Shown here: in pieces, positions 1-13,237 of the stretch
How positions within the stretch are numbered: position 1 is the stretch's first letter
Layout of the letters: the number at the start of each line of letters is the position of its first letter
From: Callorhinchus milii
Lineage: Eukaryota
Assembly: GCF_018977255.1 (NCBI RefSeq)
Contig: NW_024704743.1
Span: 76,200,001-76,260,000, forward strand
Direction of reading: 5' to 3'
Length of the DNA: 60,000 nucleotides
Notes under the pieces: model-generated
Told to the model about the DNA's origin: nothing
The model's database searches: none
The model's input: only the letters and a program-made list of their open reading frames with translations
Program-made: the position numbers and the translations under genes

Positions 1-954
1 CTCAAGTCTTGTCAAACCTTGTCGCAGCTGACAGCTTCATAATTGTTTGGAAGTTTAAATGCTGCAAAAATAAATCTAATAGCTAACACATGAGCTTGGA
101 AAATCTTGGAGAAAATTCAAGGGGAAAAGATGAATTGTTGATTTTCATTCAATATCAGGAAATGCCTTTGATTTTATTGCTACAGCAGATGGAAGTGTCC
201 ATCAAGTTAACTGACATCCATGTGTATACAGAATGGAATGTAGCTCTGTAGCCATTTGAGCAATGCCCTTTCTCATTGTTTGACTGCATCCACGTGTTCT
301 TATTTATCACTGCGGGCAATAGGTGTAGACTCCTGAAAAGGGAGGGAGGAGGTTGAGTAAAGTAGAGAAAGTCTGCAGAAAGTGATGTGCACCTCTTTGT
401 TTTTCTCCTGCTCTAGGCACAGTCGGTACAGTAGATGTCAACAACAAATTGTATGCATAGAGTGCCTTTCATATTGGTAGAATGCCCCAAAACAATGTGC
501 AGTCAGATCTATGTCCCAAAGGTCTGCAGGTTTCTTTTTGGGGGGAAGGGGTGAAATGATTTTTTACTGTGGTTGCACTTTCTTGCAACGAAAAGAAAAA
601 GTGTCTGTAAGATTGCAGATGGCAGGGGTTCCTTGCCTAGGTGGCAGTAGGCCAAGTGTGCATTGATTTGGGTGCAGGAGAAGGGTAAGACCAGTTGCAG
701 ACTCATTGACTTTTATGATGTCTGTCCATGATGGCCAGAGACAGTGCATGACCACAATATGTGCAGGATTATGGCTACACCTCCCTCTGCAGTCACCTCC
801 ACCAGCTCACATCAGTCTGGACTTTGTGTGAGAATGAATGGTAGGATTCAGTATTGCTAAATTGATCCCAATTATTAATACAACACAGGGATTCCTCCTC
901 TGAATCTGCTTCTCTTGTTAACTCCAATATCCAGATAATATTGGCCTTAGATAT

Positions 955-1446
955 TAAGGCCTTAAAGGAGCTGCAGAGGAGGTTTACGAAAATAATTCCA
1001 GGGATGAAGGACTACAGTTATGAGGAGAGATTGGAGAAGCTGGGCCTGTTTCCATTGGAGCAGAGAAGGTTGAGGGCGGATTGAGGTGTACGACGTTATG
1101 AGGGGTTTGGACAGGGTAATTAGGGAAAAGTTATTTCCATTGATAGGGGTGTCGGTGACTTGGGATACAGTTATAAGATAGCCACAAAAACAGCGAAAGG
1201 AGAATTTAGGTGGATTTTTTCACTCAGAGAGTAGTTGAGGTGTGGAACCATGCCAAGTAGGGTGGTGGAGGCAGATTCCATTGTAGTTTTCAAGAGGGAA
1301 ATGGACAAGTATTTGAAAGAGAGGGACTGAAGGAGTATAGAGATAAGCCAGAGAGTGGGATTGAATTGGTCTCCTTGCTCTGTGCCGACTGCCAATGGGC
1401 CAAATGGCTTCCTTCTGCGCCATTTTTTATACATTTCTGTTTCTAT
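955..1446 (+). mobile_element. CR1 LINE 3' fragment (decayed)
   Basis: Reads ...LQRRFTKIIPGMKDYSYEERLEKLGLFPLEQRRLR..., a CR1 ORF2 C-terminus; ends in gggccaaatggcttccttctg...ttctgtttctat tail. Confidence 0.85.
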
Positions 1447-1734
1447 CTGTTGCACGCACACCTCTTCTTTCCTGCATTTATTTTTATCTCCTGTTTTATT
1501 TAATCTTGTTCACAATTAAGTCTTTTCCAATCAGCCTGAGGATCAACTGGCTGATCATATTCTTTGATTGGGGACAACAAGGATTTCACAGCTCCTCGGC
1601 AAATCAATGTTGGAATGGACAAAAAAGGATCCCAGAGGCCATTCCAGGACTTAACAATTTACAAAACTAAAAATTACAGATTTCTCTCTCTATACTTGGA
1701 ATAGTTCTATTGGGGGTGGCATTGGGTGGAATGT

Positions 1735-2165
1735 CAGCCTATCTCAATTGATAGCATTCTCACATCTGATCAGAAGGTTGTAGGTTCCAGCCCCATATCA
1801 GGACTTGGAACCCACCTAGTCTAGGGGTCTTGCATTCTAATGCAGTGCTGGGGGTGTACTGTATTTTTGGAGGTGCCGTCCTTCAGATGAGACATTGAAC
1901 AGACATCCTGTTTGTCTGTTTAGGTGGAAGTTAAAGATCCTATGGCACTATTTGAAAAGAGAAGTGTTCTCTCCAACAATTCCCCCCCCCCCCACCGAAA
2001 AAAAAGAGGTTACTCATTCTATGGTTGTTTGTGGGACATTGCTGCGTGCAAATTAGCTGCACAATTTGTTTACAAAATATTCAGTCACTGCACTTCACAA
2101 TATATCCTGTGAAGCGCTTTGAGACATCATTCTGACATGAAAAAGCGCTTTATCAATTCAAAATA
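1735..2165 (+). mobile_element. Deu-domain tRNA-derived SINE (SacSINE/AmnSINE-like), decayed
   Basis: tRNA-like head, Deu core ggaggtgccgtccttcagatgagac...aggtggaagttaaagatcctatggcactatttgaa, and the tail shared with other SINEs here. Confidence 0.75.
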
Positions 2166-5100
2166 ATTTAAAAAGTATTTTGGGGCTCTGGCTTTTATTT
2201 ACTTGCTACTATACATGCTTTGGATTATTATTAATTTTAATATAAAATAACAAGCAAACAATATACTTCATCAACTTGTTAGTTAATCAATGAAAACAGA
2301 AGATACTCTAGGTAGAGAAGACAGCGACAATTGTTTTGATTACTCAATGGATCAATTAATCAGGGCCATGAATCTCTCTCAATTAGCTGTCCCTCTGAAT
2401 TAGTACAGTTGTTAATAAAGCAGGAATAATGATCCCCTAAGGGCAAGTATAGAACAAAGAGAGTTGTCAGTGCTCAGCCGATTGCCTGGGAGTCTGGAAG
2501 TTAGTCAGGATTGTAAATGGTGCTTGAGCTGACACCAAAAAAGACCAAAGGTAGTTGGAGCATTTATGCAGCTGTGATTGGGTCAATTGCAGAGTCGAAG
2601 TCAAAGTCAGGAATGAAAGCTCGACCAAGGTTAAGGCTAGGGGCTCTTGCGGGAAAGAAATTGAGGCCAAATTTATATCTAAAAATATCTAAACAAGAAA
2701 GAAGCTAAGGACAATGCCAAGTTTACTTGTTACTCTAATAATGAACTAAACTTAGGGACTTGGGTTGGCGCAAAAGCACAAATAATGAAATTCTCTGAGG
2801 AAAATAGGCCAAATAAAGCTAAAATTGGATTGGCACAAATGTGTGCAAGAGTGTCTTAATAATAATAAATGAATAATAATAATTTGGTCACTCAATCCAA
2901 GACTGTTTGTGGCACACTGCTGTGCACAATTGGCTGCTGTATTTCGCCCAAACAATATATAGTCAATTCACTTTACACTATATTCTGTGAAGTGCTTTGA
3001 GACATCTCAAAGATGTCACCCAAATGCAAGGATTATTATTAAACAACTTTACACAATGTGGTTTATGGAGGTGAAGGATTTTTTGGCATAAATGAACCAC
3101 CATCAGTAATGCAATGTGCACAATTGGACATTCCATTCAATTGTCAATTAATTGTTAAATATATTCTGCAACTACCTTCACACATCATAGTCAAATGAGT
3201 CGATTAGGGGTTTAGCTCACAGAGTTGAGGACATGTCTACACTATCATGACTAATTGGTGAGCCAAACTGGCAGCTTTAATAACTGTGGAGCTGCCTGGC
3301 TTTGCCAGGTATATCTTGTGGGAACCCAGTGGAATCCCAGGAATACCTGTCATCTACTTTTCCATCTCTCCCCTTCCCCAATGAATAACATTTTAGACAT
3401 AGGTTAATCTTATTCAATTGAAAAGAGTAAAAACCTGAGTTGACCCATCAGGATATATAAACCCAGTCATTTTGGCTGTCTGGTGCATGTAAAAATAAAT
3501 TTCTCAATAACTCAGGGGCAGCTAAGCCACACAGTGTAGAAAGTTCCCAAGTTCAATTACTGGTTGAAGGTAGAACTGGATGGTAATAGTGCACAACAAT
3601 GTTTCGCCCACACAACAGACAGTCAATTCACTTTACAGTATATTTTGTGAAGAGCTTTGAGATGTCTCCTAAACATGATAAAGCACTATAACAAAATGCA
3701 AAGATTATTATAACTAAATGAGTTCCAGTCTGGATGGTGGCTTGAACCCAGAACTTTCTGACTCAGCGGCGACACTACTTCCAACTGAGCCAAGCTAACA
3801 GATATTGAGACAAAAGTAAAGAATCTTAAAATATTATTGAAGCACTGTCTTCATCGTGTTCACTAATTATCACCTCCAGTCCCAGATCTATTATGCAGCA
3901 AGCGTTTTTCAACATGCTTCAAATGTATATTTCCACAAAGGAAAAATAAAGTCACAAGAATGTTATGCAAATAGTCTGAGTCAACTGAAAATCCACTTTA
4001 ATAAAAGCAAGCTGCTTCAACATAACTTAAACATTGGTTTTAGTTCAATTTCATTGAATAGATGAAATACATGGGCAAGAGTGTCTTAATAATAATAAAT
4101 AAATAATAAAAATTTGGTCACTCAAGACTGTTTGTGGAACACTGCTGTGCGCAATTGGCAGCCACGTTTCGCCCACAAAATATACTGTCAATTCACTTTA
4201 CAGTGTATTCTGTGAAGCGCTTTGAGATGCCTTTGCGATAAAGCACTGTATCAATTGCAAGCATTATTATAAAAGGCCCAGGTTTCACAAATTAGGAGGG
4301 GAAAAACAATCAGGTTCGCTCTCAATGATTGTTATCCAGTGATGCAAGCCTGTCAGGGGAGGGTAGCATCAGACTTGGCTATAATGTCCTGCCATCAAAT
4401 AGTCTGCCACTCTTCATTGTCAAGCCTTCCACATGAACAAAGGACACTTGAATTAGGTCCTGTCGAGAACCTGTCACCCTCCAGGACCATTTGTACCCAG
4501 CAGACTTGGAAATGACTCAAACAACTTCAGGAGGTGAGGAGTGGAGAACATTTGTAAGGAGATTCCATCCAATTTCTGCCATGTCATTGCAATTCAGAGT
4601 AAGAATGGAATTTATGTGGGATTTCAAACAGGATTCCTTGTTGAGGAATTCGAGTCATGCTAATGGGGTATCCTCTCAGTATCCATAAGTCCATCACGCT
4701 GACCCATGGGAACTCTGCTTCAGCACAATCTACTTCAGGAGCAGAGGTCCCGTAGGTTGGTATGATTACCTGCTACAGGCTTGACACCAGACCAACTTCC
4801 CATTTTGTTTGACTCACTTCCATTCTGCTGAAGTACAATTGCATAGATTCTGGTCAATATCCAGGCCTCACTCAAGCATCCTTTGTTCATGTGGAAGGCT
4901 TGATAGTGAAGGTTGATGCCAGATCAATACATTGTGTAACAGATGTCACACAGTTTGTGCATGTAAGAGAGCCCTTGCAATATTCCCCGCCCCACCCCCC
5001 AGTAGCCATTAATTAAATAATATTTGTGTATTTCAGGGCAAAGGACAGATATGGAAGTACATTTGCTGGTTTCCCCTACTGTTACTTCTGTCAGGGCAAA

Positions 5101-8100
5101 TTAAGAGGAAAAATGAATATCTGTCATGCGTGAAGTGTACGACATGATTGCAGGATTTACATGATAATGTGCTAAGTTGCACACATGCAAGGAACGACAA
5201 AAACAGAAGGGGACAGTTGTCATTATAAAGCAGAACTCAATGTGTCAGCACCTTCACAATTTGGCTCTCCAGCTATGCAATATAAAGCAGCTTCATCATG
5301 CAGTGTAACTGCTTGTCTGTTTGCAAGTCAGACATTTGGCCCAACTGGGGAGAAATTCCAACTGGGTTTAGATGTATTTTATTAACATAGCATTTCAAAG
5401 TGTCCAAATTTGGCCAACCTCTTAAATATATTCTTAATTTTGAATCTCCCACAAAATATATACAGTCACTATATTTTACAGTATAGTCTGTGAAGCACTT
5501 TGAGACATCTTGAAGATAAGGTAAGGCGCTATATTAAATGCAAGCATTATTAATCTTATTTTCTGTAACTTTTAAGAACTACAGAAAACCTACCACATTA
5601 ATTTTGTCACCCATTCTCCATGCATTGCCCTTGAAGTGAGTATTGAATAAATAAAATTGGCAACTTGTATCTCTGAGTATGTTAGAAGGAAGTAATACAT
5701 CCCGTCAGTATAATTTCATGCTGAAATCATGGATATCATAGATATTTGCATTTTGTTTGCTCTGCCTCCATGCAATTGTGCTCACTTCATAAAATAATCC
5801 ACACATCTTTAGAAAAAGGAAATAAAACACTGAATAAATATTAACAGGCTTATTGGTCACAGTGTGCAACAAGCGTGTCTGCCCACAAGTAGTAAAAGTG
5901 CTGCAGGTTTACATGAGTTATTTGAATGGCCCGTTTGTATGAGTAAAAGGTCAATAACACACACTGCCACTAATCGGTTGATGCCATAAGTCGTTTCAGA
6001 ATCATTCAGCCATCAGTCTGCTCCTGTTTCACGACAGTATATCATCAAGCAGCTAAACAGTAAAAGTCTCACACGCATTCATGGAATAATCAGATACGCC
6101 AAGGCAGCAGCAGAAGAGGGCACAGGTTCAAGGACGTGAAGGGCAAGTTTTGGACAGACACCCGGAAGTATTTCTTTACACAGAAGGTAATTAACAGCTG
6201 GAACGGGGTACCAAGGAGGATGGTAGAGGGAGGACAGAGCTAATGTCAGAATGGAAAGATTGCAGGGTGGGATTCTCGAAAGATTAAATCAAATGGGTAT
6301 TCTTCTTGCAAATCCCTTATGTGAACTTATGCTAGTTGCACATTTTTCAATAGTACAGATTCGCAATCTCACTCTTCCAGTTTGATGGAGTCGAGAAACA
6401 TAATATCTATGCTGCATTATGTTACAGATTACTGCCATTGTACAATGTTGCCATTACTGCTTCAATCCCCGTGAAACAGAAGAAAAACAGTGGTGCCTAG
6501 TAAAATGCAACAAACGTTTATCAAATCTCTTCATGAAAATCAACTTATAGTTGAGCAGATCGGACATGAAGATTTGCCTTTGAACATCATGACTGGAGCA
6601 AGCTGAACTCATTACTTTAGTGATAGCTAGGAATAGGAAATATTATTCACATTGTTTTGTATGACTTGAAATAAATCATCACACAAATAAGGAACGTCAG
6701 GTCTTGAAATAGTTCCAAGGTTTATTTATATCACGAAGGAACCGACGGCTTTAAATTTACTGTTCAACCAGGCAACTGAAACTGTGATGCAGACTCCAGC
6801 TTTGCCTTTTTATACTTTTGCACAAGTACTTCCTGTCACCTGCTGAAACAACATGGTGGCTGCCTGTCTGGCACACGATACTTATAACAGCCAGTTACAG
6901 CCAGTCCTAATTCTAATTTACATAGTGTATTTCTGTTTTAATATATATCATTGTAATCTAAAAACTGCACACTCTTCTCTGTTTACATTATGTCAGTGAG
7001 TAAGTTACCTGTTTGGAAGGAAGTTATTAGTTATTACATTTGCTTCTCCTCCATTACGCAACCTTGTGTGTTTTGACTTGAAATACAATTTACATAAATC
7101 TTAGATACCCTATAAACTAGCCATGAAACCTCTAATTATATCTTTATAGAAACATAAGATCATACCAGAAAAGATCACTGTGGTCCCAAATTATATACAA
7201 ATGAAAGATAACAGTAAATTATCATGCACCACTCTATCTCTCATATACCCGTTATTGAATTTGTTGGCATTATTTGCCTTTTAGTAGTTTCGCATCAAAG
7301 TAGTGATGGTTTTATGTTCAAAAGATCCAATCACAGAACTGGATTATAGACCCTGTCTTGTTTAAGTGTAAAATTGAAGCTATCAATCAGAGGAGCTGAT
7401 TTTAAGTGTAGTGACTGTTTTAGTAGGTAACATTGGCAACCATCTTGCTAACAAGATTCCAAAAAACATGGATGACTAATCGATCTGAAAGATAGTTGGT
7501 CAGAAAGTAAGCAGAAACTCCCTTCTCTTTTTGAGTAGTTTCATTTGCTCATTGGAAGGTAACAAACAACTGGAACAGGTTACCAAAGAGAATGATACAA
7601 TGAGCTAATTTCAGAAACACCTTGATGATGGTATTGAAAAGAGCGTAGGGTTGGTATTATGGAAGTATGACATCAAAAGAGCTAAATACTTTCCTTCATT
7701 CAAATCCCTCTTGTATAACATCTAGTTGAACAGGCAGAGCTCAGTTTAGTGTCTCAACAGAAAGAGAACACCTCTGGCAATGCAGATCTCAATTTCTTGT
7801 AATGCTGCCTTCTCTTCATTCTCTACCATTCTCATTTCAATATACATGTGATTCAAATTAATTACACGTTAAAAGAAATATTGACTACCTCTGGGATCTG
7901 GGTAACCCAGATCAAAGATATGAAAGTTTTTTCTGCCTCTAGCTGTATGATTTCTGTCTAAAATAAGCTTGGGGGGATCTCAACACAGTTCCGAGTGGGC
8001 ATCGACCACCCCACAGAACACTGGTCATAGATTGGCATTAAATTAATAACTTCACTCTGAAAGATGGCATGGAAACTATGGAATGAGAAAGGGATGTGTG

Positions 8101-10218
8101 AAACATTAAGCACATCTGGTGTGTAGACTTTGGATAGCATTGCTTGTCATGGACACCACAAAATCAATAACCAAAAGACAGCCACTAATAAATATGTAAA
8201 GTCTCCAAACAGGTAAAATTTCTGAACTATCTTCAATTCACAAAAGTAATCAAAGAAAATGCAAGGTATTAAACTACCCTAGCTCACATTATTTCAACTC
8301 TGATCCATTGAATTTAATAGATGACTCATTCATGATTCCACTTACACTAGAGCCATACTTGTGCTCATAGTCATCTTCATAAGCTCTAATAATGTCTTGA
8401 AACAAATATTTATCCAGCTGTTTTCAAAAGATCTCTGTACATACCATTCAGTGTTTTGGTTGGAAACCTATTCCACACATCTAGTACTCTGGTGAAAAAT
8501 AGCTCCTAGTCTTCTTTGAGACTCAACAGTTCTGTTCTCATATTGCAAGCACATCTTAAGTTAAATAACCTGTTGTACTACACTCCTCATCATTTTAAAT
8601 ACCTAAATGATGTCCTCCTTTCATCGTTTCACCAATCAAAACATGTTCAGTTATTTGCTTGTTTGAGTCTGTCTTTTTAACCCAGAATTCTATACTACAG
8701 AATCATCTTAGTTCCTCTTGTCTTAAGATTTTCAACTTCCTTTTAAATGTAAGATGCTCTACCAAATACATAAGCATAAATATATAAGCACTGAGTGAAT
8801 CAGTCTAGCGTTTATTCTTTGGATACTGTAAGTCCCATTATATATCTTATGTGAGTCATAAAAACAAACCCAACTGCCCTTAGCTTCTCCAATGCAATAA
8901 TCAAACCTTATTTTCCTTTTCCCCCTTAACTATGGACACCAAATCATTGCATGCCAATGCTTCATAGTTCCTGATCCAGTTTGCATTACCTTCCATTTAG
9001 CCACATTAAAATTGATCGGTTATGTCTTAATCTAGATCCTAATGAATGCTACCATTCTTGCTTAAACTGATCCAGGTGCTACAAAATCCTGTGATGAATA
9101 CAGTCTAGTCAGCCTATAGTCATTAAGCTTATGTCAAAATAGAAGGCAACTGGAAACAAACTATACACTGTGTAAGAAGAGTCAAGGTCAAGTCATTTAT
9201 AGCCCTCATCTGAACCTTTGCTCTGAAACTATATCCATCAAGATTGGATCATTATCCCTGCAACTGAAAATGTAAAAACAATGAGAATTTTTCAGCTGAA
9301 AGTAAAGATCCTCCTTGCACTTTTATTTTCCTTATATAATGTTAAGATTTTTTTGATCAACTGGGTGTCCGACTCAAAAGTATCCAAACCAGATTGAGAG
9401 TTCCACTTATGTATGCAACCAAAATATGGAAATTTCCCTGTATTTGGAATAGAATACACACTACCTGGAGGCACTAGTAACGTTCAACCAACTAAATCTA
9501 CATAGCTTGCATTGATAACAGGATTTTACCTTAGAGAGAAGTGACTGTTTATTTGTTAGGTGAATATGGCAACCAATCTGTTGCACAGCAATGTTCCATA
9601 AACAGACAAATAACAAGGAAGTGATATTTGGTTGCTTAAGCATTGTTATATACAAGATATGATACTACACCGGTAATATAGAACAACTATTATTCTGTGC
9701 TATTTCAATGGAACTGATACCTCAGAACTGTTGGGTATAACTTGAACTTCACCTCCTGCCCCCCTCCCCCGCCCCAAAGCAATAGATGCGAATGTTTTCA
9801 AACTATTCTTTCATGCAAACTAGAACTGATGTGAAATCAAATGCACCTATAAAGGCTGCACAATAAATCAATACTGCAATAGCTACTGCAGAAAAACATT
9901 TACTTTTAAAGGTGAAAATCAGAATGAAATTTATTCACATTAAATGTAATTAATTGAAACTTGTTTATCCACAGAAGTACATGTATCAAATGCAAAGGTT
10001 ATTATTAGGAATGTCATCAGTATTAAAAGTATTCAACACATTTTAGTTATTCAATTCACTTTAGCCTTTTAAATTTGAACCAAGATTCAAGTCATCAGTT
10101 ACCACCTTCAGTTATACAAGTGAGCACAGTTCAAATCAAGTGTTTTTTGGTTTCCCTTTCTTGTGGGAAATTGTGCCATTTAGGTTGAAATGTGAGTCTG
10201 AGTGTTATTTTGCCTATC

Positions 10219-10372
10219 CTATCTGAACTGTCTGCTTTCATAGAACTTGAGTTTTCTGACCCAACTGTGTCTCATCCAAACCTGACTAGGATTCTTTGTT
10301 ACAAAATTTTTGCTGATCTCCTCAGATGTGGTTTTCCTGACATTTTTCCATAAATGGCCAATTACAACATTT
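10219..10372 (-). CDS. SFRP4: Candidate divergent terminal coding exon of SFRP4
   Basis: Acceptor ttgtgttttgttcaacag. Phase-2 compatible with exon 4 (CG+A = Arg) and open for 50 codons (NVVIGHLWKNVRKTTSEEISKNFVTKNPSQVWMRHSWVRKLKFYESRQFR) to TAG at 10219. Minus-strand AATAAA at 9930-9935. Little similarity to the canonical SFRP4 C-terminus in this frame. Confidence 0.4.
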
Positions 10373-10934
10373 CTGTTGAACAAAACACAACTGTTTCTAA
10401 CAAAAAGCCAAAAAGTGCATTTTCGCACACAAAATATATAGTCAATTTACTTTATAGTGTATTCTGTGAAGAGCTTTGAAACATCTTGAAGATGTGAGAA
10501 GGCGCTATATCAAATGTAAGAATTATTATTATTTTAAAAGTGAAGCAAATGTTTCATAAATAACGGTCTTAGTCTGGAGGAAATTGGAACATGAAAATAA
10601 TGTGTTTTTTGTTTACAATATCTTTATCAAATATATATGGATTTGACTGTACTTGCTCATCAGACTGTATTATATACCACAGCAGTCTCAAATATGGTTG
10701 TATTTACACAAATAAGCTTTTTCTTTGAACTCAAGGTCTATTTTCTTTCAAAAAATGATCAGTTATGAAACTGTGTGCAATAAAATTGATTTGACCAAAA
10801 TATATCATATTGTAGCATTGCACACAACAGTGAATGGATATTATACTTCAATAATTGAATTATTATGTAATAAAAAGCCTTACATTTGATATAGAGCCTT
10901 GCACTTCAACAGGATTTTCATTGGATTTATAACA

Positions 10935-11310
10935 GTAATAATCCTTGCATCTGATATAGAACTTTTCAGGTCAGGAGGTAGCCTCAAAGCACTTCACAGG
11001 ACTCACTATAACGTGTAGTGACTATGTAGTTTGTATGCGAATATGGCAGCTAATTTGTGCACAGCAATGTCCTTCAACCATGAAGTGAATGACCAATTTT
11101 AGCCAGGACATTGGGAGAAACTCCCTTCTCTTTGCAAATAGTACCATGGAATTTTTAATGCCAACTGAACAGGCAGATGACACCTCGATTTAATGTCTCA
11201 GTTGAAGGGCGGTACCTCCGACAATGCAACACATCCTGGCACTAGACTATGAGCTCAAAGTCCTGACATTTGGCTTTAACTCACAAACCTCTGACTCAGA
11301 GATAACCGTA
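10935..11310 (-). mobile_element. Deu-domain SINE, decayed
   Basis: Reverse complement of the same head, core and tail as 1735-2165. Confidence 0.7.
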
Positions 11311-11539
11311 GTTAATGGAGTAGAGATATACAGGGTGACCAAATAGTTGTGATACCATTACAATGTCGAATAAGTCTTTAAGAAATGATGATGTTTTTGT
11401 TCTTTTTAGATAGTAGGGTAGTTATCATGACTTTTTGGTTATCGTTTAGGAGTGAGACAGAGAGGTAGAGGGTTAGGCAATAATAATAATACTGTACTTG
11501 CATTTGATATAGCACCTGTCAAATAAGCGGGGTCTCCTT

Positions 11540-12080
11540 GGAGCTGAACTGGCTCGGAATTGAGACAGCCCTCTGTGGTGGTCTTGGTAGTCCAGTTCCT
11601 GAACCAGGCAGGTCCACAGTATTCCAGGGCACTGCTGATGGCTCATCGGCAGGACCTGGAAGGGCAGACCAGTCACTGGGGATAGGCAGTCATCGCACTC
11701 AGCTCCTGTTCATCCTGCAAGCCAAAGCCCTAATGGGTAGAGCGGTCCTAGTTGGACAAGCAGTGGGAAAGCTTGCCGGACAGCAATATCAATGGCAAGT
11801 TAGGTGGTTTTAGCTGGTTAGACTCCAGCAGTACCCTAATGCACACTTTGTGGTCCCCAAGGCTTGGCTCTTACTAACCTGTACCTAATACTTTCCAGAA
11901 TTAGGTAAGTTGGATGCATTCCTCCAGAGAGTGGAGGGACTAAGCATTCCATTCCAAAAATCTATCTCTGGAATTTCCATGTGTAGGTGGGATGCAAGGA
12001 AATCTCAGCTTGGTTTGGATACTCTTAAGCAGGTGATGGGTTTCTCCATGTGTCAGACACCTGGCTGACCAAAAAATAAA
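11540..12080 (+). mobile_element. Unclassified ~540-bp interspersed repeat (most complete copy)
   Basis: Homologous segments at about 9350-9470 (-), 23985-24115 (-), 31935-32208 (+), 33950-34215 (-), 38115-38410, 48660-48750 (+) and 50380-50705 (+). Several share the end ggctgaccAAAAA. Confidence 0.7.
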
Positions 12081-12094
12081 ACCACAGAAAACCT

Positions 12095-12480
12095 AATCAC
12101 ATCGTTGAGATATCGCAAAGCTCTTCACAGAATAAGCTGTAAAGTAAATTGACTGTCTTTTTTTAGCAAAATGCGGCAGCCAGTTACACTCAGCAATGTT
12201 TAACAAATAAAAGAGTGAGTGACCAATTTTATTTTGGGGGATTATTGGCCAGGACACCAGCAGAAACTCCCTTCTCTTTTCGAATACAGCCATGGGATCT
12301 TTAACATCTACCTGAACAGGCAGATGGAAATTCAGTTTCACATCTCCGACAATCCAACACACCCCAGCACTGCATTGGAGTGTCATCTTAGTCATCATAT
12401 GAGTTCAAGTCTCAATGGGGGCTTGAACCCAGAACTTTCTGACTCAGAAGTGAGAGTGCTTCCAACTGAGCCAGGCTAAC
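12095..12480 (-). mobile_element. Deu-domain SINE, decayed
   Basis: Reverse-oriented core (ccatgggatctttaacatctacctgaacaggcaga) and tRNA-like head ending ccaactgagccaggct. Confidence 0.75.
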
Positions 12481-13237
12481 ACATATTGTGACAAAAGTAA
12501 AGAATGTTAAAATATTATTTAAGTACTGTCTTCATCATGTTCACAAATTATCACCTCCAGTCCGGGATCTATTATGCAGCAAGCATTTTTCAACATGCTT
12601 CAAATATTTTTACAAAGGAAAAATAAAGTCACAACAATGTTATGCAAATAGCATTGAATCAACTGAAAACCCACTCTAATAAAAGCAAGCTGCTCCAACC
12701 TAAATTAACCACTGGTTTTAATTTAATTTCACTAAATAGATGATCCGTTTGTCTAAGGTTAATAGGTTAAATACAAATTCCAAAGTATTTAAAAGCACAG
12801 TGTATAAACCCAGACAACCAGTACATGTTTTTGGTATTATTCACTTATGACAGAATGTCTATCCTTTGTCTGAATCACTTCTAAGTGTTAACGGATCCAG
12901 CTCCAAACGAACCATTGCTCTACTAAACCTGTTCCAAGGATTTAATATTGAAGAATTATTGCTTGAACCCATCTGATGGTATCTTTTAACTTTATTTGCT
13001 GTTCAGTGGATAGATACTTTCACAAACATATCAAGGGATCTTGAATGTCCACCTGGACAGACAGATGGAGCCTCAGTTTAATATCCCATCCAAAGGACAG
13101 ACCTCTAACAATGCAGCACACTCCCAGCACTGCACTGGAGTATCATCATAGATGAAATGGGTTCCAAGTTCCTCCATGGGTCTTAAAGCCCATGGAGGAA
13201 CTTGGAATTAATTGAGCCAGCTGAGACACATCAGTAT

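Noticed and set aside
5037..5150. Possible plus-strand exon after tttcag, e.g. from a neighbouring gene such as NME8
   Set aside because: No frame gives a recognisable protein motif and no partner exons were found.
12555..12600. Alternative SFRP4 exon 5 candidate (gaag|C ATG TTG AAA AAT..., or VEKC in another frame)
   Set aside because: Weak GAAG acceptor and GTGATA donor, and it lies in a duplicated segment that has diverged freely.
12888..12945. Alternative SFRP4 exon 5 candidate (minus strand ILGTGLVEQW)
   Set aside because: No AG acceptor at the needed position and phase, and a stop follows shortly; likely chance similarity.
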